The notes beneath the pieces were generated by a model that was given only the letters and a program-made list of their open reading frames with translations, did no database searches and was not told where the DNA came from. From an uncultured Bifidobacteriaceae bacterium (GTDB lineage Bacteria; Actinomycetota; Thermoleophilia; Miltoncostaeales; Miltoncostaeaceae), in assembly GCA_964434425.1 (NCBI GenBank), contig CAYSVH010000013.1, forward strand, positions 13,976-77,975: 64,000 bases of DNA, given 5' to 3'. Shown piece after piece: positions 46,369 through 55,504 of the stretch. The position numbers and the translations under genes are program-made. How positions within the stretch are numbered: position 1 is the stretch's first letter; the number at the start of each line of letters is the position of its first letter.

Positions 46369-46533
46369 GCGGCCCATCACCAGATACGGGTCGATCGAAG
46401 ACCCACGGGGGCGGCTCTTCCTGAGTCGTCTGAAACCGGCCGAAGGGCCACCCGTGCGAGATCGACGATGTTGCTCCTCTCGGGGAGCCATGTCGTCGCT
46501 TGTCGCGGGGCAACGACATGAGGAGGTGAACAA
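46369..46533 (+). promoter_or_regulatory. putative rplJ (L10) leader region
   Basis: 165-nt untranslated spacer upstream of rplJ with stem-loops (e.g. CGACGATG..GCTCC-TCTC-GGGGAGC..CATGTCGTCG) and an alternative pairing overlapping the SD. This is the position of L10(L12)4 autoregulatory leaders in other bacteria. Confidence 0.35.
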
Positions 46534-47202
46534 CTGAACCGCGAAGAGAAAGCACAGGTCATCGCCGACGTGGTCGAGCGCATGGAGCGCACCGGCACCG
46601 TCGTGGCGGCGGACTTCCGTGGTCTCAGCGTCGCCGATATCACCGAGCTTCGAACGAAGCTGCGGGATGCGGACGCCGAGATGACGATCATCAAGAACAC
46701 GCTGTCACGGCGTGCCGCCGACCAGGTGGGGCGCGACGCCCTCACCCCGTACCTCACGGGTCCGACCGGACTGGTGTGGGTCAACGGTGACCCGGCCGCA
46801 GCCGCAAAGGTGCTCTCCGACTTTGCGAAGGAGCACGAGGAGACGTTCTCCGTCCGCGGAGGAACCCTCGACGGCGAGGATCTTCCGCTGGCCGCACTGC
46901 AGCAGCTGGCAAGCCTGCCGAGCCGCGACGTGCTGCTCGCCAAGCTGGCCGGCGGCATCGCCGCCCCGCTCACGGGTCTGGCCGGTGGCCTCCAGTCGCT
47001 GATCTCGACCTTCGCCCGCACACTCGGCGCCGTCCAGGCATCCGGGCAGCTGGCAGAGGGCTCCGCGCCCGCGGAGCCGGCACCCGCCGACGAGGCACCC
47101 GCCGCTGAGGCGGCCGACGAGGCACCCGCCGAGCCCGAGGCATCCGCCGACGGCGAGGCAGCACCCGACGCCGAGGCGTCGACCGAAACCCCCGAAAGCT
47201 GA
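46534..47202 (+). CDS. rplJ: 50S ribosomal protein L10 (probable CTG start)
   Basis: '(L)NREEKAQVIADVVERMERTGTVVAADFRGLSVADITELRTKLRDADAEMTIIKNTL'. AGGAGG at 46521-46526, 7-nt spacer, CTG 46534. In-frame TGA at 46519. The next canonical start (GTG 46570) would remove the conserved N-terminus. Confidence 0.8.
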   Translation: MNREEKAQVIADVVERMERTGTVVAADFRGLSVADITELRTKLRDADAEMTIIKNTLSRRAADQVGRDALTPYLTGPTGLVWVNGDPAAAAKVLSDFAKEHEETFSVRGGTLDGEDLPLAALQQLASLPSRDVLLAKLAGGIAAPLTGLAGGLQSLISTFARTLGAVQASGQLAEGSAPAEPAPADEAPAAEAADEAPAEPEASADGEAAPDAEASTETPES

Positions 47203-47227
47203 AACGACGTAACAGGAGCGACAACTG

Positions 47228-47617
47228 ATGGGTATTACGACTGAAGAGTGGATCGAGGAGCTCAAGGGGATTTCCGTCCTGGAGCTGTCTGAGCGCATCA
47301 AGGCCATCGAGGAGGCCTTCGGCGTGACCGCCGCCGCCCCCGTGGCCGTGGCCGCCGCCCCCGGTGGTGGTGGAGACGCCGGTGGTGACGCCGGTGGAGC
47401 CGAGCAGACCTCGTTCACCGTGGTCCTCGAGAGCGCCGGCGACAAGAAGATCCCGGTCATCAAGGTGGTCCGTCAGATCACCGGTCTCGGTCTCAAGGAG
47501 GCCAAGGACCTGGTGGACGGCGCGCCCGGCAACCTCAAGGAGGGTGTCGACAAGGACGAGGCCGAGAAGATGAAGGCGGACCTCGAAGAGGCCGGAGCCA
47601 GCGTCTCCCTCAAGTAG
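47228..47617 (+). CDS. rplL: 50S ribosomal protein L7/L12
   Basis: '...[57 protein letters not shown]'. Confidence 0.95.
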   Translation: MGITTEEWIEELKGISVLELSERIKAIEEAFGVTAAAPVAVAAAPGGGGDAGGDAGGAEQTSFTVVLESAGDKKIPVIKVVRQITGLGLKEAKDLVDGAPGNLKEGVDKDEAEKMKADLEEAGASVSLK

Positions 47618-47620
47618 TCA

Positions 47621-47681
47621 CCCTGCTCTCTTCCCGCGCGAACCCGTCGCCGGGTTCCCGCGGTGGGGAGAGAGCAGCGGG
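47621..47681 (+). terminator. long imperfect GC-rich hairpin after rplL (putative intrinsic terminator without U-tract)
   Basis: CCCTGCTCTCTTCCCGCGCGAACCCG-tcgc-CGGGTTCCCGCGGTGGGGAGAGAGCAGCGGG starts 4 nt after the rplL stop. Confidence 0.5.
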
Positions 47682-47888
47682 ACACGCCGTTCGCATCGGC
47701 TTCGCCAACGCGAACGGCGAAGCTTCACCGCGGTTCAGAGGTTCCGGCGCCCCGTGCACCATCAGGTGCACGGGGCGGCGTGCATTTGGGAGTGTTCCGG
47801 GTCGATCCGCATGTCTGGCACCCGGCATGCGCCCGTGTGCCGATGCACGGGCGGGCGGTGAACCCGCGGCCCCGACGAGGCCCCGCGC

Positions 47889-49022
47889 CTACTGCAGGTA
47901 ACGGCCGGACGGTCCGAGATCGGCGCCGTGCCGCGGGAGGTAGCAGTCGAGGTAGACGCGCGAGACGAGCTCTCGGCGGCTGCGGACGCCGGCCTTGTCG
48001 AAGATGGACTTCAGGTGATCCTGGACGGTGTAGGCCGAAACGTGGAGTGACGACGCGATCAGCCTGGTCTCGACCCCGCGCAGCACCATCTCGGTCACGT
48101 CGCGTTCGCGGGGAGTGAGACCGAAGGCGGCCACCACGAGGTCGAGGATCTCTGCCGGTCGGGCATCCTCGATGGTCACCACGACCTCGCCGGTCGCGTC
48201 GTCTCGGCCGGCCAGCGGTGCGGCGTGCAACACGAGCCAGACCCCGGACCCCGTACGGACGCGGGCACGGGGCAGTCCGGCCCCCGGAGCCGCGGCTACG
48301 GCACGGACCGCCCGGACCAGGTCCAGGATCGTGCTGAACGGATCCGTGTGATGGACGGCGGTCGCGAGATCCGCCAGTCGTCGCTCCGCTCCGGCGCTGA
48401 TGCGGACCACCTCGTCGTCGCAGCCGACGATGACGACGGCGGGACCCGTGCCGGTGAGGTCGACGATCGGCGAGTCCGCGAGCCGGTTCATGATCCCGCA
48501 CCGAACGCCCCGGGCGAACGCCTCCGAGAGCGACGCCAGGTAGTCGATCTCGGAGGGGCCGAAGGCCGGGTCGCCCGGAGCGCGCATCAACGCCATACCG
48601 CCCCACACGCCGGCCGGATCACGGAAAAGACAGCGAAGCTCGTCCGCGAAGCCGAACACCGGACCGTGGAGCCGGTCCATCCGCACCGAGCGGAGCACGT
48701 CACCTCCGGTCACGCTGTGGACGCCCACCGCGCACTGGGAGCCGCGCGCCAGCATTCGGAACGACGTCGGCTCCTCCTCGGCGTACTCGAGCTCGGCGAA
48801 CGCGTCGTCGTGTGAGTCCATCTCCGCCAGCGCCCCGTACTTGCGTCCGCTGGTCAGGATCATCGTGGCCGGGTCGTGCGTCACGACGCAGGCCGCCACC
48901 CAGGGCACAGCCCGCCGTATGGAGGACGTGGCCTCGGCGAAGAAGTCGTCCAGGTTGAGACCTCCCCGCGAGAGGACGTCGAGGTCCCCGCGGACACGTG
49001 CCTCCGTCAGGGAATCCCTCAT
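47889..49022 (-). CDS. LuxR-family regulator with N-terminal GAF-like sensor region (paralog 1)
   Basis: 377 aa from ATG 49022 ('MRDSLTEARVRGDLDVLSRGG'). C-terminal 'LTPRERDVTEMVLRGVETRLIASSLHVSAYTVQDHLKSIFDKAGVRSRRELV'. Confidence 0.8.
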   Translation of the reverse strand: MRDSLTEARVRGDLDVLSRGGLNLDDFFAEATSSIRRAVPWVAACVVTHDPATMILTSGRKYGALAEMDSHDDAFAELEYAEEEPTSFRMLARGSQCAVGVHSVTGGDVLRSVRMDRLHGPVFGFADELRCLFRDPAGVWGGMALMRAPGDPAFGPSEIDYLASLSEAFARGVRCGIMNRLADSPIVDLTGTGPAVVIVGCDDEVVRISAGAERRLADLATAVHHTDPFSTILDLVRAVRAVAAAPGAGLPRARVRTGSGVWLVLHAAPLAGRDDATGEVVVTIEDARPAEILDLVVAAFGLTPRERDVTEMVLRGVETRLIASSLHVSAYTVQDHLKSIFDKAGVRSRRELVSRVYLDCYLPRHGADLGPSGRYLQ

Positions 49023-49144
49023 CGGACCACCCCCACCCGCGTCGACGACCGGCATGAACACCACGGAACCCCGAGGCGACGGACGGGAGGGGAGAGGGAG
49101 ACTGAGTCCGGTCCGAGCCTCCAGAAGGAGGAAACGACCATCAT

Positions 49145-50278
49145 CTAGGCCACGATTCCGCCGGAGGGACCCACCTCGTCGCCGAAGCGGGGCAGGTACT
49201 GGTCGAAGTAGACACGTGAGATGAGCTCTCGGCGGCTGCGGACGCCGGCCTTGTCGAACACGGCCTTCAGATGATCCTGCACCGTGTAGGCCGACACGTG
49301 CATCGCAGCGGCGATGGCCTTCGTCTCCACCCCGCGGAGGACCATGCTGGTCACCTCGCGTTCGCGGATGGTGAGACCGAACGCGGCGACCACCAGATCC
49401 AGGATCTCGGCGGGGCGCGCCTCCTCGATCGTCACCACGACATCGCCGATGGATCCGTCGCGGCACGCCAGTGGCGACGCATGGAGGACCAACCACGTAC
49501 CGGACGCCGTACGCGCGCGGGCCCGGGGAAGCCGGGCGTTCCTCTCGCGCGTCATCGCCCGTGCGGCCTGCACGAGACCGAGCACGATCCCCACCGGATC
49601 CGTGCGGTTGCACGCCGTGTTCAGATCCGCGAGCCGTTCCTCGGCGCCGATGCTCATCCGCACCACCTCGTCCTCGGCGTCGAAGATGACGACGGCGGGA
49701 CCGTTGCTCGCCGTGTCGACCACGGGTGAGTCGACGAGCCGGGCCATGATCCCGGACCGTATGCCGCGCGCGAACGCCTGGGACAGCGATGCCAGGTAGG
49801 CGACGTCGGCCGGGGTGAAGACGGGCGCGGAGGGCTCGCGCATCAGCGCCAGGCTGCCCCATACGCCGGCACCGTCGCGCAGCAGGACGCGGAGCTCGTC
49901 CGTGAACCCGTAGACCGGGCAGAGGAGGCGATCCATGCGCGGCGATCGCCTCACGTCGCCGTCGGTGAGGGTGTGCATGCTCACGGCGCCGAGCGGATGG
50001 TCCACCAGCGCCCGGAACGACGACGGGTCCTCGCCGGAGTACTCGATCTGCGCGAACAGGTCGTCGTGGGTGTCGATGTCCGCCAGTGCCCCGTATTTGC
50101 GGCCGCTGGTGAGTATCACCGTCGCGGGGTCGTGGGTCCCCACGCAGGCCCCGGTCCACGGCACCACCCGCTGGACCGCGGTGACCGCCTCCTCGAGGAA
50201 CTCGTCGAGCGTGAGCCCGCCCCGGGAGAGGACATCGAGGTCACTGACGACGCGGGCTTCGGTGAGTTGACGGCCCAT
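49145..50278 (-). CDS. LuxR-family regulator with N-terminal GAF-like sensor region (paralog 2)
   Basis: 377 aa from ATG 50278 ('MGRQLTEARVVSDLDVLSRGG'). Collinear with paralog 1, roughly two-thirds identical by eye. Same LuxR HTH. Confidence 0.8.
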   Translation of the reverse strand: MGRQLTEARVVSDLDVLSRGGLTLDEFLEEAVTAVQRVVPWTGACVGTHDPATVILTSGRKYGALADIDTHDDLFAQIEYSGEDPSSFRALVDHPLGAVSMHTLTDGDVRRSPRMDRLLCPVYGFTDELRVLLRDGAGVWGSLALMREPSAPVFTPADVAYLASLSQAFARGIRSGIMARLVDSPVVDTASNGPAVVIFDAEDEVVRMSIGAEERLADLNTACNRTDPVGIVLGLVQAARAMTRERNARLPRARARTASGTWLVLHASPLACRDGSIGDVVVTIEEARPAEILDLVVAAFGLTIREREVTSMVLRGVETKAIAAAMHVSAYTVQDHLKAVFDKAGVRSRRELISRVYFDQYLPRFGDEVGPSGGIVA

Positions 50279-50409
50279 GGTCGCTCCATTATGCGCCTGA
50301 ACGACGTGAACGCCTACCCCAGCTTTCTGGGAGGCCGTTCCGCATGGGGCGCTGGGAGGACCACGTTCCCGGTGCACTGGGATGGCGCACCGCGGCGCCG
50401 GAGGGGACC

Positions 50410-50748
50410 ATGCGACCCGTGACCATAACCATCACGACAACACCGGTCGACGATGACGGCCTTCTGCTCCATGCGGACGACGCGCTGGCACAGGCGTGCC
50501 TGACCACCGTCAATCTCACGGAGACACTCAACCGGCGCGGCATCCCGCCCTCGGCGATCCTCGCCGTGAGGCTGATCGTCGCCCGTCCGGTGCGGCCGGC
50601 CGATCTCGTCGAGGTCGTGGCGGAGGAACTCGTCCGGCTGGACGTCCCCGTCCCCGTCCGCGTCGTCGTTGTCGGATCCTCACCCGAACCGGGCATGTTC
50701 GTCCGGCTCTCGGTCGACGTGCGGGTCACGGACATCCCCTCGGCGTGA
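50410..50748 (+). CDS. hypothetical protein, possibly RidA/YjgF-like
   Basis: ATG after 'ggagggga'. 112 aa. 'SAILAVRLIVARPVRPADLVEVVAEEL...VRVVVVGSSPEPGMFVRLSVDVRV' loosely fits the RidA fold pattern. Confidence 0.45.
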   Translation: MRPVTITITTTPVDDDGLLLHADDALAQACLTTVNLTETLNRRGIPPSAILAVRLIVARPVRPADLVEVVAEELVRLDVPVPVRVVVVGSSPEPGMFVRLSVDVRVTDIPSA

Positions 50749-50758
50749 AGGAGAGACC

Positions 50759-52126
50759 ATGACAACGAACACACCCGACGTGACACCGCTCCTCGATCTA
50801 GATGCGGTCCTCGGTCCCGGCGACGAGGCCTACGAGTCGGCCTGCCAGGCCTGGAACCTGGCCGTCCGCCAGCGTCCGGTCGCCGTCGGCGTGCCCGAGA
50901 CCGCCACCGACGTGGCCCGGATCGTGCGGGCCGCGGCCGCACTCGGTCTGCGGGTCGCGCCGCAGAGCACCGGTCACGGGGCCGCGGCCCTGGGCGACGT
51001 CGCCTTCGACGACGTCGTGCTCCTGCGACTGAACCGGCTCACCGGCGTCCAGATCGATTCCGAGACGCGCACGGCGCGGGTGCTCGGGGGCACGCTCTGG
51101 CGCGACGTCCTCGCCGCCGCGGCACCCCACGGGCTGACGGCACCTCACGGCAGCGCCGGCGACGTGGCCGTGGTCGGCTACCTGCTGGGCGGTGGGCTCT
51201 CGTTCTACGGGCGCTCGCACGGGCTCGCCGCCAACGCGATCCGTGCCGTTGAACTGGTCACCCCCGCGGGTGACCGGGTTCGTGCGAACGCACACGAGAA
51301 CACCGATCTGTTCTGGGCTCTGCGCGGCGGTGGCGGCAACTTCGGCGTCGTCGTCGCGGTCGAGATCGACCTCCTCCCGATCCCCGATGTGGTCGCGGGC
51401 ATGCTGTTGTGGGACCTCGAACACGCACCCGCGGTGCTGCGGGCGTGGGCGGAGTGGACGAGGACGGCGCCTGAATCGGCGACCACCAGCCTCCGGCTGA
51501 TGCGGTTCCCGCCCCTGCCCGAACTCCCCCCGCTCCTCAGCGGGCGGAGCCTGATCGTCATCGACGGCGCGGTTCTCGAGGCAGACGACCGCGCGGCCGA
51601 GATCCTCGGGCCGCTCCGCGCGCTCGCGCCGGAGATGGACACCTTCACCCGCATCCCGGCCGAGAAGGTGCTCGAGATCCATATGGACCCGCCGGAGCCG
51701 GCGCCCGCCGTCAGCGACCACACCATGCTCGGCGCACTGCCGCAGGAGGCCCTGGCGGCGCTGCTCGCCGTGGCCGGTCCGGACGCGGACATCCCGCTCC
51801 TTTTCGTCGAACTGCGCCACATCGGGGGCGCCCTCGCCCGGCCGCATGACGGCGCCGCCGCGCGTCTCAACGGCGAGTACGCCCTGCTCGCTCTGGGCAT
51901 GGTGCCCGTTCCCGAGATGCTGGCCGCCTGTGAGGGCGCGGCCCGGCACGTCGTCGAGACCATGCGTCCATGGGCGACGGGCAGCATGTTCGCGAACTTC
52001 TGCGATCGGCCCGCCGACGCGGAGACCATGTACGACGCACCGGAATGGGAGCGGCTGACGCGGGTTCGCGACGTGCACGACGCCGATCGGCGGCTGGTCG
52101 CGGCGCACGCCGTCGGGGGCCGCTGA
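50759..52126 (+). CDS. FAD-binding oxidoreductase (PCMH/vanillyl-alcohol-oxidase, BBE-like family)
   Basis: 'RPVAVGVPETATDVARIVRAAAALGLRVAPQSTGHG', 'GSAGDVAVVGYLLGGGLSFYGR', 'LFWALRGGGGNFGVV'. Confidence 0.85.
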   Translation: MTTNTPDVTPLLDLDAVLGPGDEAYESACQAWNLAVRQRPVAVGVPETATDVARIVRAAAALGLRVAPQSTGHGAAALGDVAFDDVVLLRLNRLTGVQIDSETRTARVLGGTLWRDVLAAAAPHGLTAPHGSAGDVAVVGYLLGGGLSFYGRSHGLAANAIRAVELVTPAGDRVRANAHENTDLFWALRGGGGNFGVVVAVEIDLLPIPDVVAGMLLWDLEHAPAVLRAWAEWTRTAPESATTSLRLMRFPPLPELPPLLSGRSLIVIDGAVLEADDRAAEILGPLRALAPEMDTFTRIPAEKVLEIHMDPPEPAPAVSDHTMLGALPQEALAALLAVAGPDADIPLLFVELRHIGGALARPHDGAAARLNGEYALLALGMVPVPEMLAACEGAARHVVETMRPWATGSMFANFCDRPADAETMYDAPEWERLTRVRDVHDADRRLVAAHAVGGR

Positions 52127-52150
52127 ACCCGACGGCGGTCGGGGCGTCAT

Positions 52151-52245
52151 CTCCGGTGCCAGCCACCTAACACGTCCGTAGCGAATCGCACGAATCGAGA
52201 AGTGCCCGCGTACGGGGAACTCCGGCGGCCCGCCTGGAACAGCTG
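52151..52245 (+). repeat. family-P composite repeat, copy D (degenerate), forward orientation
   Basis: CTCCGGTGCCAGCCACCTAACACGTCCGTAGCGAATCGCACGAATCGAGAAGTGCCCGCG aligns with copy C GCTCGGTGCCAGGCACTTAACTTGCGCGTACCAAACCGCACGAACCAGAAGTGCCCGCT. The second arm (GCCCGCCTGGAAC) is eroded. Confidence 0.5.
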
Positions 52246-52423
52246 TCACCCTCCGTAGACGGCGCCAGAGGGGACACGTACCTCTGCGCGCACATGCGTC
52301 GCCGGACCGCGTCGGGGTGTTTCACGATGAGGTGCGTACGGCGGACCGTGGAAGGGTCCGCGGTCCGCTGCCCGAAATGTGTTCGAGCCGCGACAGCCGC
52401 GCGGCTCGACCTCCTCATCTCGC

Positions 52424-52789
52424 ATGCCGACCATTCTCATCGCCGACGACGACCAGGACATCCGCGATCTCGTCGCCATGAAGCTGCGCCGCGCGAACTA
52501 CGAGGTGGTCACCGCCGTCGACGGGGCGGAGGCGCTGACGATCCTCGAGGGCAGCCAAGTCGACCTCGCCGTGATCGACGTCATGATGCCGGGGCTCTCC
52601 GGACTCGACGTCGTCCGCGAGGTGCGAGGACGAGACGGTCTGGCGGATCTGCCGATCATCCTCCTCACGGCCCGGGCAGACGAGCACGACGTCGAGCGCG
52701 GATTCGCCGCCGGTGCGACGGACTACGTGGCGAAGCCGTTCAGCCCGCGTGCACTCCTCGCGCGCATCAGCTCGCGGCTCGGGACCTAG
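52424..52789 (+). CDS. single-domain (CheY-like) response regulator
   Basis: 'MPTILIADDDQDIRDLV...DLAVIDVMMPGLSGLDV...PIILLTARADE...GATDYVAKPFSPRAL'. Confidence 0.85.
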   Translation: MPTILIADDDQDIRDLVAMKLRRANYEVVTAVDGAEALTILEGSQVDLAVIDVMMPGLSGLDVVREVRGRDGLADLPIILLTARADEHDVERGFAAGATDYVAKPFSPRALLARISSRLGT

Positions 52790-52813
52790 GTGCTCGATGG
52801 GTGACTCCTAGCC

Positions 52814-53932
52814 ATGCTGGATCGCGTGACAGGGGCGGCGCTCCCCTGGGTGCTCGCGGCCGCCTCCATCGCGTGCGCCGCGCTTCTCGTCGCGCTCGTG
52901 GTGACCCACGTGGGACGCGGCATCCGCGGACGCCACCGCAACCCGCAGATCGAGAGCCTCCGTGCCCGGGTGATCGAGCTGCTTTCGGCCGAGACGGGTG
53001 AGGAGATCGATGCGCTCTACGCTGAGCTCCTCGAACTCCGCGGATGGCAATGGGATGTCACGGTGGACGAGGCGTTCCGCATGATCCCGAAGTTCGAGGG
53101 TGTCGCCGTCACACGCCTCACGGCCCTGCTCGCGGAGGCGGGGGTCATGGACGCCCGGATCGCGGAGCTCTCGTCCGGTAGGCCGCACGCCCGTGCCGCG
53201 GCCGCGCGCGACCTGGGCAACGCGCGGTGGTTCCCCGCCGCCGGACCCGTCTCCGAACTTCTCCGCTACCACCATCCGGGCGTTCGGAACGTCGCCGTAC
53301 GCGCGCTCGGGCAGATCGGGGACCCGGTCAGCGTGGACGCCGTGCTCCGGGCCGTCGGCGAGGGGCATGTCCACAGCGGACCGGCCATTGAGACCCTGGA
53401 GGCGATGGGACGAAGCGAGGGCGTCGCCGACCGCGTTCTCGCGGCGATGCACGTGCCCGTTCCGGACGTACGGTGCGTCGCGGTCGCCGTCGCCGGCAAC
53501 GGCCGGATGACGAAGGCCCTGCCGGCGTTGCACACCCTCGTCGTCGTCGACGAGGACCGGGACGTGCGCCGTCTCGCGGCCCTCGCCCTCGGACAGATCG
53601 GTGACGATTCATCGGTGCGGTCACTGGTCGCGGCCACCACGGCGGATCCGTCGCTGTCGGTGGCGCTCGCCGCCATCACCGCCCTCGGCGAGATCGCCTC
53701 GGACGAGGCCATCGACGTGCTGCGATCGTTCGCGCAATCGGACGACGCCGCCGTCAACCTGGCGGCGGCCAACGTCATCGCCGGGATCCCGCACTTCGGC
53801 CTGCCCGTGCTCCGCGAGCTTCGCCAGGTCGCTCCTCAGAACGTCGCCGTGGCCGCGGCGTTCCAGCGGTGCCTGCTGGCGTCCGGGGTCGCGGAGCCGG
53901 AGGCCGACCCGCAATGGGTGATGTGCGCATGA
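52814..53932 (+). CDS. membrane-anchored HEAT-repeat protein
   Basis: N-terminal TM 'ALPWVLAAASIACAALLVALVV'. Repeated 'R..A..ALG.IGD..SV..L' PBS-lyase/HEAT units (e.g. 'VRNVAVRALGQIGDPVSVDAVL', 'VRRLAALALGQIGDDSSVRSLV', 'AAITALGEIASDEAIDVL'). Confidence 0.8.
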   Translation: MLDRVTGAALPWVLAAASIACAALLVALVVTHVGRGIRGRHRNPQIESLRARVIELLSAETGEEIDALYAELLELRGWQWDVTVDEAFRMIPKFEGVAVTRLTALLAEAGVMDARIAELSSGRPHARAAAARDLGNARWFPAAGPVSELLRYHHPGVRNVAVRALGQIGDPVSVDAVLRAVGEGHVHSGPAIETLEAMGRSEGVADRVLAAMHVPVPDVRCVAVAVAGNGRMTKALPALHTLVVVDEDRDVRRLAALALGQIGDDSSVRSLVAATTADPSLSVALAAITALGEIASDEAIDVLRSFAQSDDAAVNLAAANVIAGIPHFGLPVLRELRQVAPQNVAVAAAFQRCLLASGVAEPEADPQWVMCA

Positions 53933-55407
53933 CGACCCATCCCGCGATCACCATGACCGGACTGCTCGACGGGCTGCGCGAGGTTGTCGCGACCACGCTC
54001 GGCATCCTCGCCTGGCCGGTCATCATCTACTTCATCCTGATCAACACCTCGTACCTCGTGCTCATCAGCCTGGCCTGGATGACCTCCCACCGCGATCGAC
54101 GGCGGGCGCGTCTCGAGGGCGTGGACCACCTCCACTCCTCTGCGCGGAAGGGGGGAATCAGCCTGATCGTCCCCTCCTACAACGAGGAGGTCGGCATCGT
54201 GGAGTCGGTGCAGTCGCTGCTCGCGCTGGCGTATCCGGACGTCGAGGTGGTGGTCGTCAACGACGGCAGTACCGACGGAACCCGTCAGCTGATGATCGAC
54301 CGGTTCTCGCTCATCGAGGTGGCCTCACAGGCCGAGGGGGCGATCCCGACCAAGGCGGCGCCCACCGCCACCTTCATCCCGCGAAGCGGCAGAGGTGGGC
54401 TGGTGCTCGTCGACAAGCCCAACAGCGGCCGGTCGGACGCCATCAACGTGGGCATCAACCATGCGTCGAAGGACCTCATCGCCATCGTCGACGCCGACTC
54501 GGTACTCGAGGCGAGCGCACTCCTCAGCGTCACGCAACCGTTCCTCGACGACCCGCTGCGGTGCATCGGAAGCGGTGGCAGCATCCGCCCCATCAACCAC
54601 TGCGTCGTGGATCGGGGCCGTGTGCTCGAGGTCCGGATGTCGCCCCGGTACCTGCCGAGCATCCAGGCGGTCGAGTACATCCGCGCGTTCGTCCTCGGTC
54701 GTCAGGGGTGGGCGCGCGCCCGTGCCCTCCTCCTCATCTCCGGCGCGTTCGGCGTCTTCCGCCGCGACGTCGCACTGAGCGTCGACGGTCTCGACCCCGA
54801 CTCCATCGGAGAGGATCTCGAGTTCGTCACGCGTCTCCATGGGACGTACCGGCGTTCGGGCACCCCGTACTCGGTCGGGTTCGTGGCCGAGCCGACCAAC
54901 TGGACCGAGGTGCCGCCGACGGTCGCCGTACTGGCGCGCCAGCGGCGACGCTGGCACCGGGGTCTCTGGGAGGTGCTCTGGAAGCACCGCCGGATGTGCT
55001 TCAACCCACGGTACGGACGGATCGGCATGGTCGCGCTCCCGTACTACTGGCTGTTCGAGCTGATCGCGCCGCTTCTGGAGGTGATCGGCATCATCGCCGT
55101 TCCGCTGGGCATCGCCCTGGGGGTCGTGCACTGGCAGTTCGCCCTGCTGTTCGTGCTGGTGGCCTACGCGTACGGGTTCCTGGTGTCGCTGGCCGCGATC
55201 GTCGTGGACACCATCTACTTCAACCGCTATCCCCGCGGCAAGGACCTCCGCCGCGCCGTCGTCGCCACCGTCGCCGAGAATTTCGGGTACCGGCAGATGA
55301 CCGCGGTCTGGCGCCTGCAGGGGTGGTGGGCGGCGCTGCGGGGCAAGAAGGCCGTCTGGGGCGTGATGTCGCGGGAGGGGTTCGGAGAATCCGGCTCATC
55401 GAAATGA
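53929..55407 (+). CDS. processive family 2 glycosyltransferase (PgaC/cellulose/chitin-synthase-like)
   Basis: ATGA overlap with the HEAT gene. 'SLIVPSYNEE...VVVVNDGSTDGT', 'AIVDADSV', 'GEDLEF', and the processive signature 'QRRRWHRG'. TM helices at both ends. Confidence 0.9.
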   Translation: MTTHPAITMTGLLDGLREVVATTLGILAWPVIIYFILINTSYLVLISLAWMTSHRDRRRARLEGVDHLHSSARKGGISLIVPSYNEEVGIVESVQSLLALAYPDVEVVVVNDGSTDGTRQLMIDRFSLIEVASQAEGAIPTKAAPTATFIPRSGRGGLVLVDKPNSGRSDAINVGINHASKDLIAIVDADSVLEASALLSVTQPFLDDPLRCIGSGGSIRPINHCVVDRGRVLEVRMSPRYLPSIQAVEYIRAFVLGRQGWARARALLLISGAFGVFRRDVALSVDGLDPDSIGEDLEFVTRLHGTYRRSGTPYSVGFVAEPTNWTEVPPTVAVLARQRRRWHRGLWEVLWKHRRMCFNPRYGRIGMVALPYYWLFELIAPLLEVIGIIAVPLGIALGVVHWQFALLFVLVAYAYGFLVSLAAIVVDTIYFNRYPRGKDLRRAVVATVAENFGYRQMTAVWRLQGWWAALRGKKAVWGVMSREGFGESGSSK

Positions 55408-55504
55408 CACCGCGGCGCTCACATCGGGCGGTCCACGGAACACCGGTCGGCGGACCGGGTCGTCTTGCCCGTGGGGTCGACGACGGTGAGGGGGGAGGCC
55501 GGGC

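Noticed and set aside
47618-47888. Missing rpoB after rplL as evidence of rearrangement
   Set aside because: Several actinobacterial lineages have unrelated genes between rplL and rpoB. Without the rest of the genome this cannot be called abnormal, so it is noted only as context for the LuxR pair.
47889-50159. Single 756-aa ORF spanning both LuxR genes
   Set aside because: Its N-terminal half is the out-of-frame, Arg/Gly/Pro-rich shadow of paralog 2. Two separate 377-aa proteins with full-length mutual homology explain the region.
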